Below are positions 47,840 to 56,089 of a DNA stretch of 62,737 nt, in pieces. The notes beneath the pieces were generated by a model that made no database searches, was not told the origin of the DNA, and was given only the letters and a program-made list of their open reading frames with translations. The stretch lies in assembly GCA_963727715.1 (NCBI GenBank), contig CAVSGX010000008.1, forward strand, positions 1 to 62,737. The letters run 5' to 3'. The position numbers and the translations under genes were made by a program. Every line of letters starts with the position of its first letter. Position 1 is the stretch's first letter. The DNA is from an uncultured bacterium. GTDB lineage: Bacteria; Patescibacteriota; Minisyncoccia; Phycocordibacterales; DATDWN01.

Positions 47840-48863
47840 ATTCCCAAATGTATTAGGACACTCTTGTAAAATAGAGTGATATGAAATTTAAAAATATTTC
47901 GTCGGTTGAGCGGCTGGAAATTTCCATATTAAAATCAAAAGGATATTCCATTCGTGCCATAGCCGAAAAGATGGAGAGAAGCCCGAACACCATCTCGTAC
48001 GAGCTTCGAAAAAACAAAACTGGTGGCAGATACGACCCGAAAAAAGCCGAGGCCAAGTCTCATCTGCGAAAGAGAATGAGAAAACTGCAATGGATGAAAA
48101 TCGAGCAAAACTCGGAACTGAAAAAATACATTGTCGCCGGTCTGCAAAACAAATGGAATCCGGACGAAATCTCAGGAAGGATGAAGCTGGAGAAAAAGCC
48201 GTGGTTTGTTTCCAAAAATTCGATATACCGGTGGCTATATTCAAACAGGGGTCAAAAATACTGTCCGCTTCTGTATTCCAAGCGATACCACCGAAGAAAA
48301 AGAACTGGGTCGAAAAAGAGAACACTCATTCCAAACCGTGTTGATATATCGAAACGATTTCGCGGAGCGGACAACAGAACAAGATATGGACATTGGGAAA
48401 AAGATGCTGTTGTTTCAAGAAAAGGTGTGTCAGCTTCACTGGCTGTGGCGACAGAAAGAAAAAGTCGATTGCTTGAGGCCAGAAAAGTCAAAAATATGTC
48501 ACCGACGGATCATGAAATTGCCACCAGAAAAATGTTGCAAAACAAAAAAGCTCTGAGTATCACCAGAGACAATGGTATTGAAAACATCTATCACGGAGAA
48601 ACACCGACACCATCATTTTTCTGCGAAGCATACTCATCCTGGCAGAAAGGCGGGGTTGAAAATGGCAACAAACTGATCCGAATCTTCTTTCCCAAAGGAA
48701 TTGATTTCAGATTTGTTACCCAGGAAGAAGTTGACCGAGCAGTCGAGACCATCAACAACAAACCAAGAAAAATTCTGAAATACAAAACAGCTCTCGAGGT
48801 CGCGAGAAGCTGTGGTATTATTAACAATATTAAAAGTGAGAGTGTCCTAATTCAGGGTGGAAT
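47840..48863 (+). mobile_element. IS30-family insertion sequence, lineage C (boundaries approximate)
   Basis: Inverted repeats ATTAGGACACTCT at 47852..47864 and 48839..48851, with weaker matches extending outward (ATTCC...). Confidence 0.75.
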
Positions 48864-48867
48864 TTAG
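47881..48867 (+). CDS. IS30 family transposase
   Basis: 328 aa; HTH (LKSKGYSIRAIAEKMERSPNTISYEL) and DDE region with YSSWQKGGVENGNKLIR. Confidence 0.9.
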   Translation: MKFKNISSVERLEISILKSKGYSIRAIAEKMERSPNTISYELRKNKTGGRYDPKKAEAKSHLRKRMRKLQWMKIEQNSELKKYIVAGLQNKWNPDEISGRMKLEKKPWFVSKNSIYRWLYSNRGQKYCPLLYSKRYHRRKRTGSKKRTLIPNRVDISKRFRGADNRTRYGHWEKDAVVSRKGVSASLAVATERKSRLLEARKVKNMSPTDHEIATRKMLQNKKALSITRDNGIENIYHGETPTPSFFCEAYSSWQKGGVENGNKLIRIFFPKGIDFRFVTQEEVDRAVETINNKPRKILKYKTALEVARSCGIINNIKSESVLIQGGI

Positions 48868-48928
48868 ATTGGAGCTTCATATACATCCTATCATACTTTT
48901 AATTTATTATCAAATGATTTTGGACATC

Positions 48929-48957
48929 AAAAAAGCCTTGTAAAATAAGGCTTTTTT
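48929..48957. terminator. bidirectional hairpin terminator
   Basis: AAAAAAGCCTT-GTAAAAT-AAGGCTTTTTT. Confidence 0.65.
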
Positions 48958-48984
48958 GGAGATTTTAATTCCATTCCGCCAATT

Positions 48985-50509
48985 CTATGCAAAGCCGGGG
49001 AAAAAGTCAGTTTTGATGTTTTTTGAATGAACGCCCATTGATTGCAGAATTTTTTCAAAACTGACAACCATCCCTCGCGGACCGGAGAGGTAAAAAATTC
49101 GTTCTTTGTAATCCGGAATTTTTTCAGCGATAATTTTGGCGTCAATGGCCCGTGTAGAATTCGGAAGTCTGGACAAATCGGCTATCAGGAGAAGTCAGAG
49201 CGTAAAAAGTTTTCAAACCGAGTTTCTGCTCTGCCTCGCTGAAAAGTTCACGGTATGATATGTCTTCTGTTTTTCTGTTACTGTAAAGAAGAGTGACCGA
49301 GCGTTTTTCATTTTTGTCCAGAAGATATTTAATCATACTGCGAAAAGGTGTGATGCCGATGCCACCGGCGATGAATACCAGTTTTTTATTTTTATCTTTC
49401 GGTAAAACAAAATCGCCGGAAAGGCCAGAGGCCACAATGGTGTCCCCTTTTTTCATAGACAAAAGTTTTTTCTTGAATGTGCTACCTTTTTCGTAGAATC
49501 TTATACCGAGACGCAACTCGCGTTCCGTCGGCGACGAAGCCAGAGTGAAATATCGGCGCATGCCACGACTGTCCGGCTTGTGTTCAAGTGTCCATTCCAT
49601 ATATTGTCCGGGTTTGTAAACCATTTGCTGGTCTGGGGTGAAAACAAAATCATAAGAATCGTTTGCGGTCTTTTCGATGCCGACAAGAGAGAGTACAAGT
49701 TTTTTCTTTGGACTGACAATGTAAGAAAAAATATTTCCGACTACCAAAGCCAGCTCCGGCGTTGAATATATCGAGCCGATGTGTATAGCTGGAGAAAACA
49801 AAATCCCAACCAATATTCCGAAAGCAACTTGCCACCGCAGAGACCCCGGCGAAGTTAACGGCTCGGTCAGCATAACCGAAGCAAAAAACAAAATCGGCGT
49901 GTACAAAATTACCTGGTCAAAAGAAGAGAAAATATTTCCGCCGTTTATCATAGTCGTTCCCAAAATAACGACAAGCGAAGTTAAAATAAAAGCCCAGATC
50001 AGATCCGTTCTGCGAATTTTGCGAACTATCAAAAATCCGCCAAAAGCCACGAATGGTAACATTATCGGCGTGCCGACCCACCAGCTGGCCGACTGATTCA
50101 AAACCAAAGCGGTGATGACCATGCCAATACCAGCAGGATTGAAAATATGTTTTTTGCCGATGGCCAAAATATATTTTGAAGCCATGGCCAAAGCCGGCGC
50201 CCAAAAAGCCAAAATCAGAAAATTACTGTCGTGAAAAGAAATGGCTGGCGTGATGATTAAAGCCAAAATAAAAGCGGTGATGTATGTTGATTCCGGATTG
50301 CTCGGCGCGTCATAGCCCCAAGCGAATATTTTGTTGACGATAAAACAAACGAACAAAATATAAACAGTTGAAAAAAATAACAAGACGGGATCATATGATA
50401 AAATTTTCAGAAAACCAAGAACCTCGGCGAAGGCAAGCAAACCGACTAGCTCGTAGAGAACAACCCGATACATTGTTATTTTATTTAAAATGTCATCAAT
50501 TTTTTTCAT
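48985..50509 (-). CDS. RnfD/NqrB-like membrane domain fused to a ferredoxin-NAD(P) reductase-like FAD/NAD module, interrupted by a 1-nt frameshift in this assembly
   Basis: HIFNPAG and MLTEPLTSP membrane motifs; RRYFTLASSP FAD site, FIAGGIGITPF NAD site; ORFs 49142..50509 and 48985..49176 join (..EFYTG/IDAKII..) if one C of the run at 49147..49151 is removed. Confidence 0.7.
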
Positions 50510-51270
50510 ATTTTTGTGAATTTTTCAAAACCCGAAGTCTCCGTGCCGATGCCGGACGAATCAACGCAGTATCCTTCAAAACCGTCCAGTCGTTCAATGA
50601 AGTTGATCCCCTCTTTGCCCATGGCGAAAGTAGCAGTGGCAAATCTGTCGGCTTCGTAAACATTCGGACCGACAACTGTAAGACTGACGATTTCGTTTAG
50701 CGGGGCGCGACCGGCAAACGGGTTGTAAATATGCTGACCACGGATGTATGTGCCGGACGTGGCCATACCACAATCGTGAAGAAAAATTTTTTTGATAATT
50801 CTATTCTTATCATCGTCAAAAGGATCGCGGATCCCGGCACTCCAAACTTCGCTGTTTTCATTTTTCCCACGAGCTTCAATGTCCCCACCGGCGTCAACAT
50901 AAAAATTTCTGTAACTGAGATCGGAGAGAATATTGACCGCGCCGAAAATTGACCAACCTTTGACCAGACCAGACGGATCGTAGAGACCTTCCGGAGTTAA
51001 AATGTTGAAGTAACCATCGGTTTCCAATTTTGTTTTCTCGGACAAGGCAAAAACTTCTTTCATATCGTCGCTGTAATTTTCTTCTTTAATTTCTTTTCGG
51101 TTGATTCTACTTATTTCACTGTCGCTTTTGTACGTGCTGAATTTTTTATCAACATAAGTGAAATAATCAAACACTTTTTTCAAAGCGCTTGTTTTGTCTT
51201 CGTCCAGCATGGCTTCATCAACCAAACAAACAGTTATCGGCATTCCCATTATGAGTCTTGTTTCTTTCAT
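50506..51270 (-). CDS. apbE: FAD:protein FMN transferase (ApbE family)
   Basis: 254 aa; MGMPITV, DPSGLVKGW, ATSGTYIRG motifs. Confidence 0.85.
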   Translation of the reverse strand: MKETRLIMGMPITVCLVDEAMLDEDKTSALKKVFDYFTYVDKKFSTYKSDSEISRINRKEIKEENYSDDMKEVFALSEKTKLETDGYFNILTPEGLYDPSGLVKGWSIFGAVNILSDLSYRNFYVDAGGDIEARGKNENSEVWSAGIRDPFDDDKNRIIKKIFLHDCGMATSGTYIRGQHIYNPFAGRAPLNEIVSLTVVGPNVYEADRFATATFAMGKEGINFIERLDGFEGYCVDSSGIGTETSGFEKFTKI

Positions 51271-51277
51271 TTTTGTC

Positions 51278-51781
51278 TTAAGAATTTTTAGCTTGACTCA
51301 AAGCATTGCCAAGAGACTCTTGAAAAGCTTTACTGGTTTCTGTCGCTCCGGAAACAATATCAACGTTGGCGCTCTGGACGGCGATAGCTTCGCTTTTCAA
51401 AACAGGAATAGCCATTTGGCTTTTGCGAAGTGAAGCGCTTCTGTCACTCGGGTATTGCAAAAATTTTACGTCAGAAATCTTGCCATTTTGGATGACGGCT
51501 TCCACTTGAACATTGCCAAAGTAAGCGTCGGCCACACTGCCGGTGAATGTGCCGTCAGCATATAAGCCACTTTTGGCAGAAGGCGCTGGGATGATTGATG
51601 TGGTTGGTTTTGTTTGCGTCGGCTCACTTCCAGAAGCCACTGGGTTGTCTTTTTTAGTAGAAGCCACCGGTTGCGGTGATGTGGTTGTGTAAATCGGCGC
51701 CTGTGACGCGCTAAAAAATTGGTACAAAGAATAGGCAACAAAAATAGCCACAAAGGTTACTGTAATAACGATTTTTTTCAT
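51278..51781 (-). CDS. secreted FMN-binding domain protein (flavinylation substrate)
   Basis: 167 aa; TM anchor; C-terminal FMN_bind-like domain with the SGATETS flavinylation motif. Confidence 0.8.
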   Translation of the reverse strand: MKKIVITVTFVAIFVAYSLYQFFSASQAPIYTTTSPQPVASTKKDNPVASGSEPTQTKPTTSIIPAPSAKSGLYADGTFTGSVADAYFGNVQVEAVIQNGKISDVKFLQYPSDRSASLRKSQMAIPVLKSEAIAVQSANVDIVSGATETSKAFQESLGNALSQAKNS

Positions 51782-51844
51782 TATTGATACTTAATATTAT
51801 TTAATAATTGACAATAGGTATACGCCCGGCAGATCAAAATTGGT

Positions 51845-51994
51845 TCAAAGTTTTGTTTGATCAAATTGTTTGACGCATTTGTCCATATTCTCAAACTTGT
51901 GACCGATCAAAAACCCGACGAAAAAAACCACTACAAAAAGAATAATGGCTACGATTTGCGAAAACTTTGTTACTTCATTCCATTTAATGTTCAT
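51845..51994 (-). CDS. possible 49-aa membrane peptide (below the ORF-track length cutoff)
   Basis: Hand translation MNIKWNEVTKFSQIVAIILFVVVFFVGFLIGHKFENMDKCVKQFDQTKL; a single TM helix; no clear SD. Confidence 0.3.
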   Translation of the reverse strand: MNIKWNEVTKFSQIVAIILFVVVFFVGFLIGHKFENMDKCVKQFDQTKL

Positions 51995-52040
51995 AATGAA
52001 ATAATTGTATCAAGACCAAGCCCTTTTGTAAATTTTGGAC

Positions 52041-52067
52041 AAACAAAAACCACATACGGGATGTGGC
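52041..52067 (-). terminator. rho-independent terminator
   Basis: CCACAT-CCCGT-ATGTGG then TTTTTGTTT on the minus strand, downstream of 52092..52331. Confidence 0.6.
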
Positions 52068-52091
52068 TTTATTTGCGTGTTCAAAAATGTG

Positions 52092-52331
52092 CTAATTGGC
52101 GACGGCTCTATTGACCAATTCCGCTTCAATATCACGAATTCTTGAATTTGTTGTTCCAAGTTCAATAAAAAGTTGATTGGCTTCTTCATTCTTCCCCGCC
52201 TCAGATGCGTCAAACATCTGATCGGAGAGTTTTGTAGCTTTTACTTTGATAGTTCTCAACTCCACACACAACCGGCAATTACACCCGGTCTCGTGCGGTT
52301 CATGCAATATGCTCATATCAGCCTCCGACAA
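52092..52331 (-). CDS. hypothetical small protein
   Basis: 79-aa ORF with a terminator; CNCRLC motif; C-terminal helix. Confidence 0.5.
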   Translation of the reverse strand: MSEADMSILHEPHETGCNCRLCVELRTIKVKATKLSDQMFDASEAGKNEEANQLFIELGTTNSRIRDIEAELVNRAVAN

Positions 52332-52441
52332 TTAGGCTACTCCCGTTTACAGAAAAGTCAAGCGCCTGTCCCATTCAATATACATTTTTCTTTTGCCTGT
52401 CTGCAAACCGTGCTATAATTTGGAGGTTGTTATAAATTTTT

Positions 52442-52888
52442 ATGCTAAAAATCATAAACCATGTAATCAAGATGAAAACCGTCACCACGCTGGATTTTAT
52501 TGACATCACCGAAAAAATTCAGGAGAAAATAAAAGAAAGTGGAATCACTAACGGTGTGGTCAACATACAGAGTCTTCACACCACGCTCTCTATCGTGGTC
52601 AACGAAGCCGAACCTCTCCTTATTATGGATATGAAAAGACTTTTGGAAAAATTGGCGCCCAGAACGGCGGAATATTTGCACGATAATTTTGACATCCGCA
52701 CCATTCATATGCACCGAAACGAGCCGGCCAACGGTCACTCCCACAACAAGGCTCTTTACCTGCCCACTTCCACAATGCTCAACATCAAGAAAAATAAACT
52801 TCAGTTGGGAGAATGGCAAAGAATTTTTGCAATAGAACTGGACAATTCCCGTTCGCGTGAGGTGGCTCTTCAAATCATAGGAAAATAA
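52442..52888 (+). CDS. YjbQ/UPF0047 family (secondary thiamine-phosphate synthase-like) protein
   Basis: 148 aa; DITEKI...SLHTTLSIVVNE and NGHSH..ALYLP motifs. Confidence 0.8.
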   Translation: MLKIINHVIKMKTVTTLDFIDITEKIQEKIKESGITNGVVNIQSLHTTLSIVVNEAEPLLIMDMKRLLEKLAPRTAEYLHDNFDIRTIHMHRNEPANGHSHNKALYLPTSTMLNIKKNKLQLGEWQRIFAIELDNSRSREVALQIIGK

Positions 52889-52954
52889 TTTAAAAAAGAA
52901 AGATCACTGGACAAACCACATGATCTAAACAGCCGTATCTATATTTATTAGGAT

Positions 52955-53320
52955 CTAAAATTCACTCCACTCGGCCGGGAAAAGCTTGACCCACAAACAC
53001 CCTTTTGGAAGTGGCATTTCGCCTTTATACTTCTCGTAAAACCAAAGACGAATTTTGCGAAGAATTTCTTTTCTTCGTTGCCCTAGGTTTTTCCTGCGCT
53101 CTGGGTACTCATTTGCCTCAACTTCAATACGGAGATCATACTTTGTCCGCATGCCTTTGGGCATCGGTTCAACATCAATTTCGACATCTCCTGCGGAAAG
53201 CTTCCCGTCAGGATGTGAACAAGTCAAAGCTTCAGCTACAAAATCTGCAAGAACACAGGCGAGAGAAGTTACGGTAGATCCTGTTACCGGATCTCGATAA
53301 AATAATCTGACAAACGGCAT
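52955..53320 (-). CDS. hypothetical protein starting Met-Pro (possibly tautomerase-superfamily/DUF1904-like)
   Basis: 121 aa from the ATG at 53320, preceded by GGAGGT; N-terminal MPFVRLFY; family assignment is only a resemblance. Confidence 0.4.
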   Translation of the reverse strand: MPFVRLFYRDPVTGSTVTSLACVLADFVAEALTCSHPDGKLSAGDVEIDVEPMPKGMRTKYDLRIEVEANEYPERRKNLGQRRKEILRKIRLWFYEKYKGEMPLPKGCLWVKLFPAEWSEF

Positions 53321-53407
53321 GATTACCTCCGGCAAGAAGACTAGCAAAAATTTAGTTAAAAAGAAAGCCGGACGCAGTGAGCCCGGACTTTTTAAAACAA
53401 ATTTTCT

Positions 53408-54093
53408 CTAACTATAATAAGCGTTCATTTGTTTTTGGTAATCATAGTCATCAGAGATACATCGTTCGCAGCCAGATGCGCCCGTATAGCAAAGACAGTG
53501 TCCTCTGGGACATGTTCCTTTACAAGCAGAACAACTTTTGCATTTATTGCACCAATGACAGTATGAACAGTGTCTACGTCCAGGCCCACATTCTATTATG
53601 TAACAAACACAGTGACCACAGGTCTGTTTGTTTCCAGGACAAAGTTGACATCTGCCACAAGAATGGGCTTCACATTTCGGATGGCCACAGTCGAGCGTGT
53701 GACTTTTGCAAGTTTTACATTCGTGGCAACGTGGACATTTATCACAAATTGTACAATGCCCACATCCATTTTTTAGACACCAACAGTGCTTGCATTTTTG
53801 AGTTGAACATTGAAGACATCTGCCACAACTGTGTTTTTTGCATAAGCAGTGACCACACTGTTGATAACTCGATGCGCAATCACTACATCTACCACAACAA
53901 CTGCTTCTGCGACAAACTCCACAATGTCCATTTACACATCTTCCTTTATCTAGACAACTGCACAAATTGCAATCATCAGCTGTGATTTCGTCAACTATAA
54001 ATTTTATTGGTTTAAATACAATAAAATACACTACACAGCCAACTAAAAATATACAGAAACCAGCGAGGTAAACGAAAAAAGTAGAATTGGCAT
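53408..54093 (-). CDS. membrane-anchored cysteine-rich repeat protein (46 Cys in the 207-aa ORF)
   Basis: ORF 53408..54031 contains six CG[HR]C and more than 20 CxxC motifs; an ATG at 54093 with an AGGA SD joins in frame, adding a TM helix, if the T6 run (plus-strand A-run 54075..54080) were T7. Confidence 0.6.
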
Positions 54094-54129
54094 TCTATCC
54101 TGCTTTCTAACCCAATAGTACAATATTAT

Positions 54130-54690
54130 TTATTAAAAATCAAAAATCTACCTGGTCGAAATCCATCTGCGATTACTGACCCAAGCATCCCTTTCCAAAT
54201 TTTCAATCGTCCTCGCGCCCAAATCATCCAAAATCCCCGGCTCCGTAAAAGCTCCCCGCACCACCCGCATTTGATAATCTGATTGATATCCGTGCAAATG
54301 ACGAGATTACCGAAGAAGAGTTCAAAGACCGTAAGCAATCGTTGCTTGCCGACAAAGAGAAATTTCAAGTGCTCATCAAAGATACGGACAAGCGAGTTGA
54401 CACTTGGCTTGAAGTTGCCGAGCGTGGTTTCAACTTTGCAGAAAAAGCATCAGAGATTTTTGCTGATGCGATAAGTGAAGACAATATCAAAGACGAGAGA
54501 GGAAAGAGATATTTGCCTCGTTTAGTTCGGCATCGTACTAAAGACAAAAAACTGTTTGTTTCTTGGGATAATTTGCTATTCCCTATGCAAGAGCTATCAA
54601 AAGAGGTGGGCAAAATTAAAACAGGGTTAGAACCTGCAAAAAGCGTTGGAAACAAAAGAGATTTCAATGATTTATACTCACAAAATCCAC
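54130..54690 (+). pseudogene. decayed large serine recombinase (C-terminal part, multiple frame breaks)
   Basis: Open frame from about 54270 reads FDNLIDIRANDEITEEEFKDRKQSLLADKEKFQVLIKDTDKRVDTWLEVAER, like the coiled-coil C-terminus of large serine recombinases; upstream fragments (STWSKSI...) lie in other frames; no N-terminal catalytic domain. Confidence 0.5.
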
Positions 54691-54695
54691 GAGTG

Positions 54696-54766
54696 CTGCG
54701 GGATAGGGACTCGGACCCCAATACCCAGGACCAAAACCTGGTGTCCTACCATTAGACGATCCCGCA
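54696..54766 (-). tRNA. tRNA-Gln (anticodon UUG)
   Basis: 71-nt cloverleaf read by hand: acceptor TGCGGGA/TCCCGCA (U1-A72), anticodon arm CCAGG-TTTTGGT-CCTGG, T arm TGGGG-TCCGAGT-CCCTA, discriminator G; CCA not encoded. Confidence 0.85.
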
Positions 54767-54793
54767 ATTTACATTTACTCAAACAAATTCATA

Positions 54794-55851
54794 TTACACT
54801 TTTTTTGGATTTTCGCCATTGGCGGTTTTGTTTCGTTTACCGATTATGTTTATCAACGCCAGTTCCAGGGGCAGAGAGGAGATGTTGGCGCTAGTGGTTT
54901 CCCCAAGGGCGGTCAGAAGCTCAATGAGAATTTGGGATGAGAAAATTTGGTCGGTTTTGGCGAAGTCGGAAAGAAATTTAAATTCTTTTTCGGAGAGCTC
55001 GTCTTTCACGATGTGGCCGGCGCCAAAGCGCAAAAGCAAACGGCCAAGCCCAGACGCAAAATGAGTTTCAGAAAAACAGACATATCTATATTTTCTTTTT
55101 GAGCTAGGCGAACCGCCGACAAAGCTTTATCTAAATCGCTTTTGGAAATGGCTGAGATGACATCCTCCACCAGTTCCCCTTTCGGCGCGTCGGTCACTAG
55201 GCGGATTTCTTCGTCGGAAATTTTTTTGTCGGCTGACGATGAGATGACTTTTTGCAAAACGCCCAACGCGTCGCGGAAAGAACCTTCGCTCAAAACGGCC
55301 AGAAGTTCGGCCGACTCTCCGCTCACGGAAAAACCTTCCTTTTTTGCCACGGATTGCACGACTTTGCCCAAAATTTCAATGCTCGGTTTTTTGAATGTGT
55401 AAACTTCGCAACGCGACATAACCGTCTCGGGGATTTTGTGAATCTCGGTGGTGGCCAAAATAAAAATGACATACGGTGGTGGTTCTTCCAGAGTTTTGAG
55501 CAGAGCGTTGCCGGCCGACTTGGAGAGCATATGGGCTTCGTCCAAAATGTAGATCTTGTATTTTGATTCAAAAGGAAGGGTTTGGATGGAATCGTTGAGC
55601 GAGCGGATGTCGTCCACGCCGGTGTTTGAAGCGGCGTCGATTTCGTAAATGTCATTTCCCGTGGTGCCCAGAGCCGTGGCCAAAATGCGGGCCACCGATG
55701 TCTTGCCAGTGCCTCGCGTGCCGGCAAAAAGATAGGCGTGAGAAATTTTGCTGGAGGAGATTTGGGCCTGCAAGACTTTGACGATGTGGTCCTGACCCAG
55801 CACTTCGCTAAAATTTTGCGGGCGATATTTTCTGTATAAAACTTCGGACAT
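54794..55851 (-). CDS. dnaX: DNA polymerase III subunit gamma/tau, reading frame broken near 55035..55052
   Basis: YRPQNFSEVLGQ, GTRGTGKTS, ILDEAHML, SRC motif; ORF 55006..55851 stops about 20 codons after the break, while the conserved continuation (LLLRFGAGH...) lies in the -1 frame (ORF 54794..55039). Confidence 0.85.
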
Positions 55852-55882
55852 AGGGCTATTGTAGCAGAATATTTTGATAATT

Positions 55883-56045
55883 AAAAAGGGGGTGTCGATT
55901 GCTCAACACCCCTCTGAACGGGTCCGGGAAAACCATCTACTCCCGGAAAATGGATCACCTTCTTTCTCCGCGTTCCCCGGCCTGGGGGCCGGACGCGGTA
56001 AAGTGGACCCGTCTGGATTTAAGATTACTATGAACAAAATTACTG
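55883..56045 (-). ncRNA. GC-rich structured leader or small RNA candidate immediately upstream of dnaX
   Basis: Minus strand: long-range helix ACGGGTCC/GGACCCGT, hairpin CCGCG-TC-CGGCC-CCCA-GGCCG-GGGAA-CGCGG, then terminator GGGGTGT...ACACCCC plus a T-run at 55883..55913, about 30 nt before the dnaX ATG. Confidence 0.4.
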
Positions 56046-56059
56046 TCAATCAAACAAAT

Positions 56060-56083
56060 TGTGGATAATTTTTGTGTTATAAT
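56060..56083 (+). promoter_or_regulatory. dprA promoter region with a perfect DnaA box
   Basis: TGTGGATAA at 56060..56068; extended -10 TGTTATAAT at 56075..56083; ATG at 56090 only 6 nt downstream. Confidence 0.5.
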
Positions 56084-56089
56084 TTTTTT

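Noticed and set aside
53377-53985. 202-aa plus-strand His/Asn/Cys-rich ORF
   Set aside because: It is the mirror frame of the Cys-rich gene; TGY and CAY codons read as RCA and RTG on the other strand. It has no SD or promoter, whereas the minus frame has an ATG, an SD and a TM anchor. Kept only as the alternative to be excluded.
54690-54755. The C-terminal 20 residues of ORF 54342..54755 (..RDRDSDPNTQDQNLVSYH)
   Set aside because: This is the antisense translation of tRNA-Gln, not part of the recombinase.
55883-56045. SRP RNA (ffs), suggested by its position upstream of dnaX
   Set aside because: There is no GNRA-capped helix 8 with the conserved AGCAGC/GGUCAGG loops, and the fold is a branched structure rather than a single rod.
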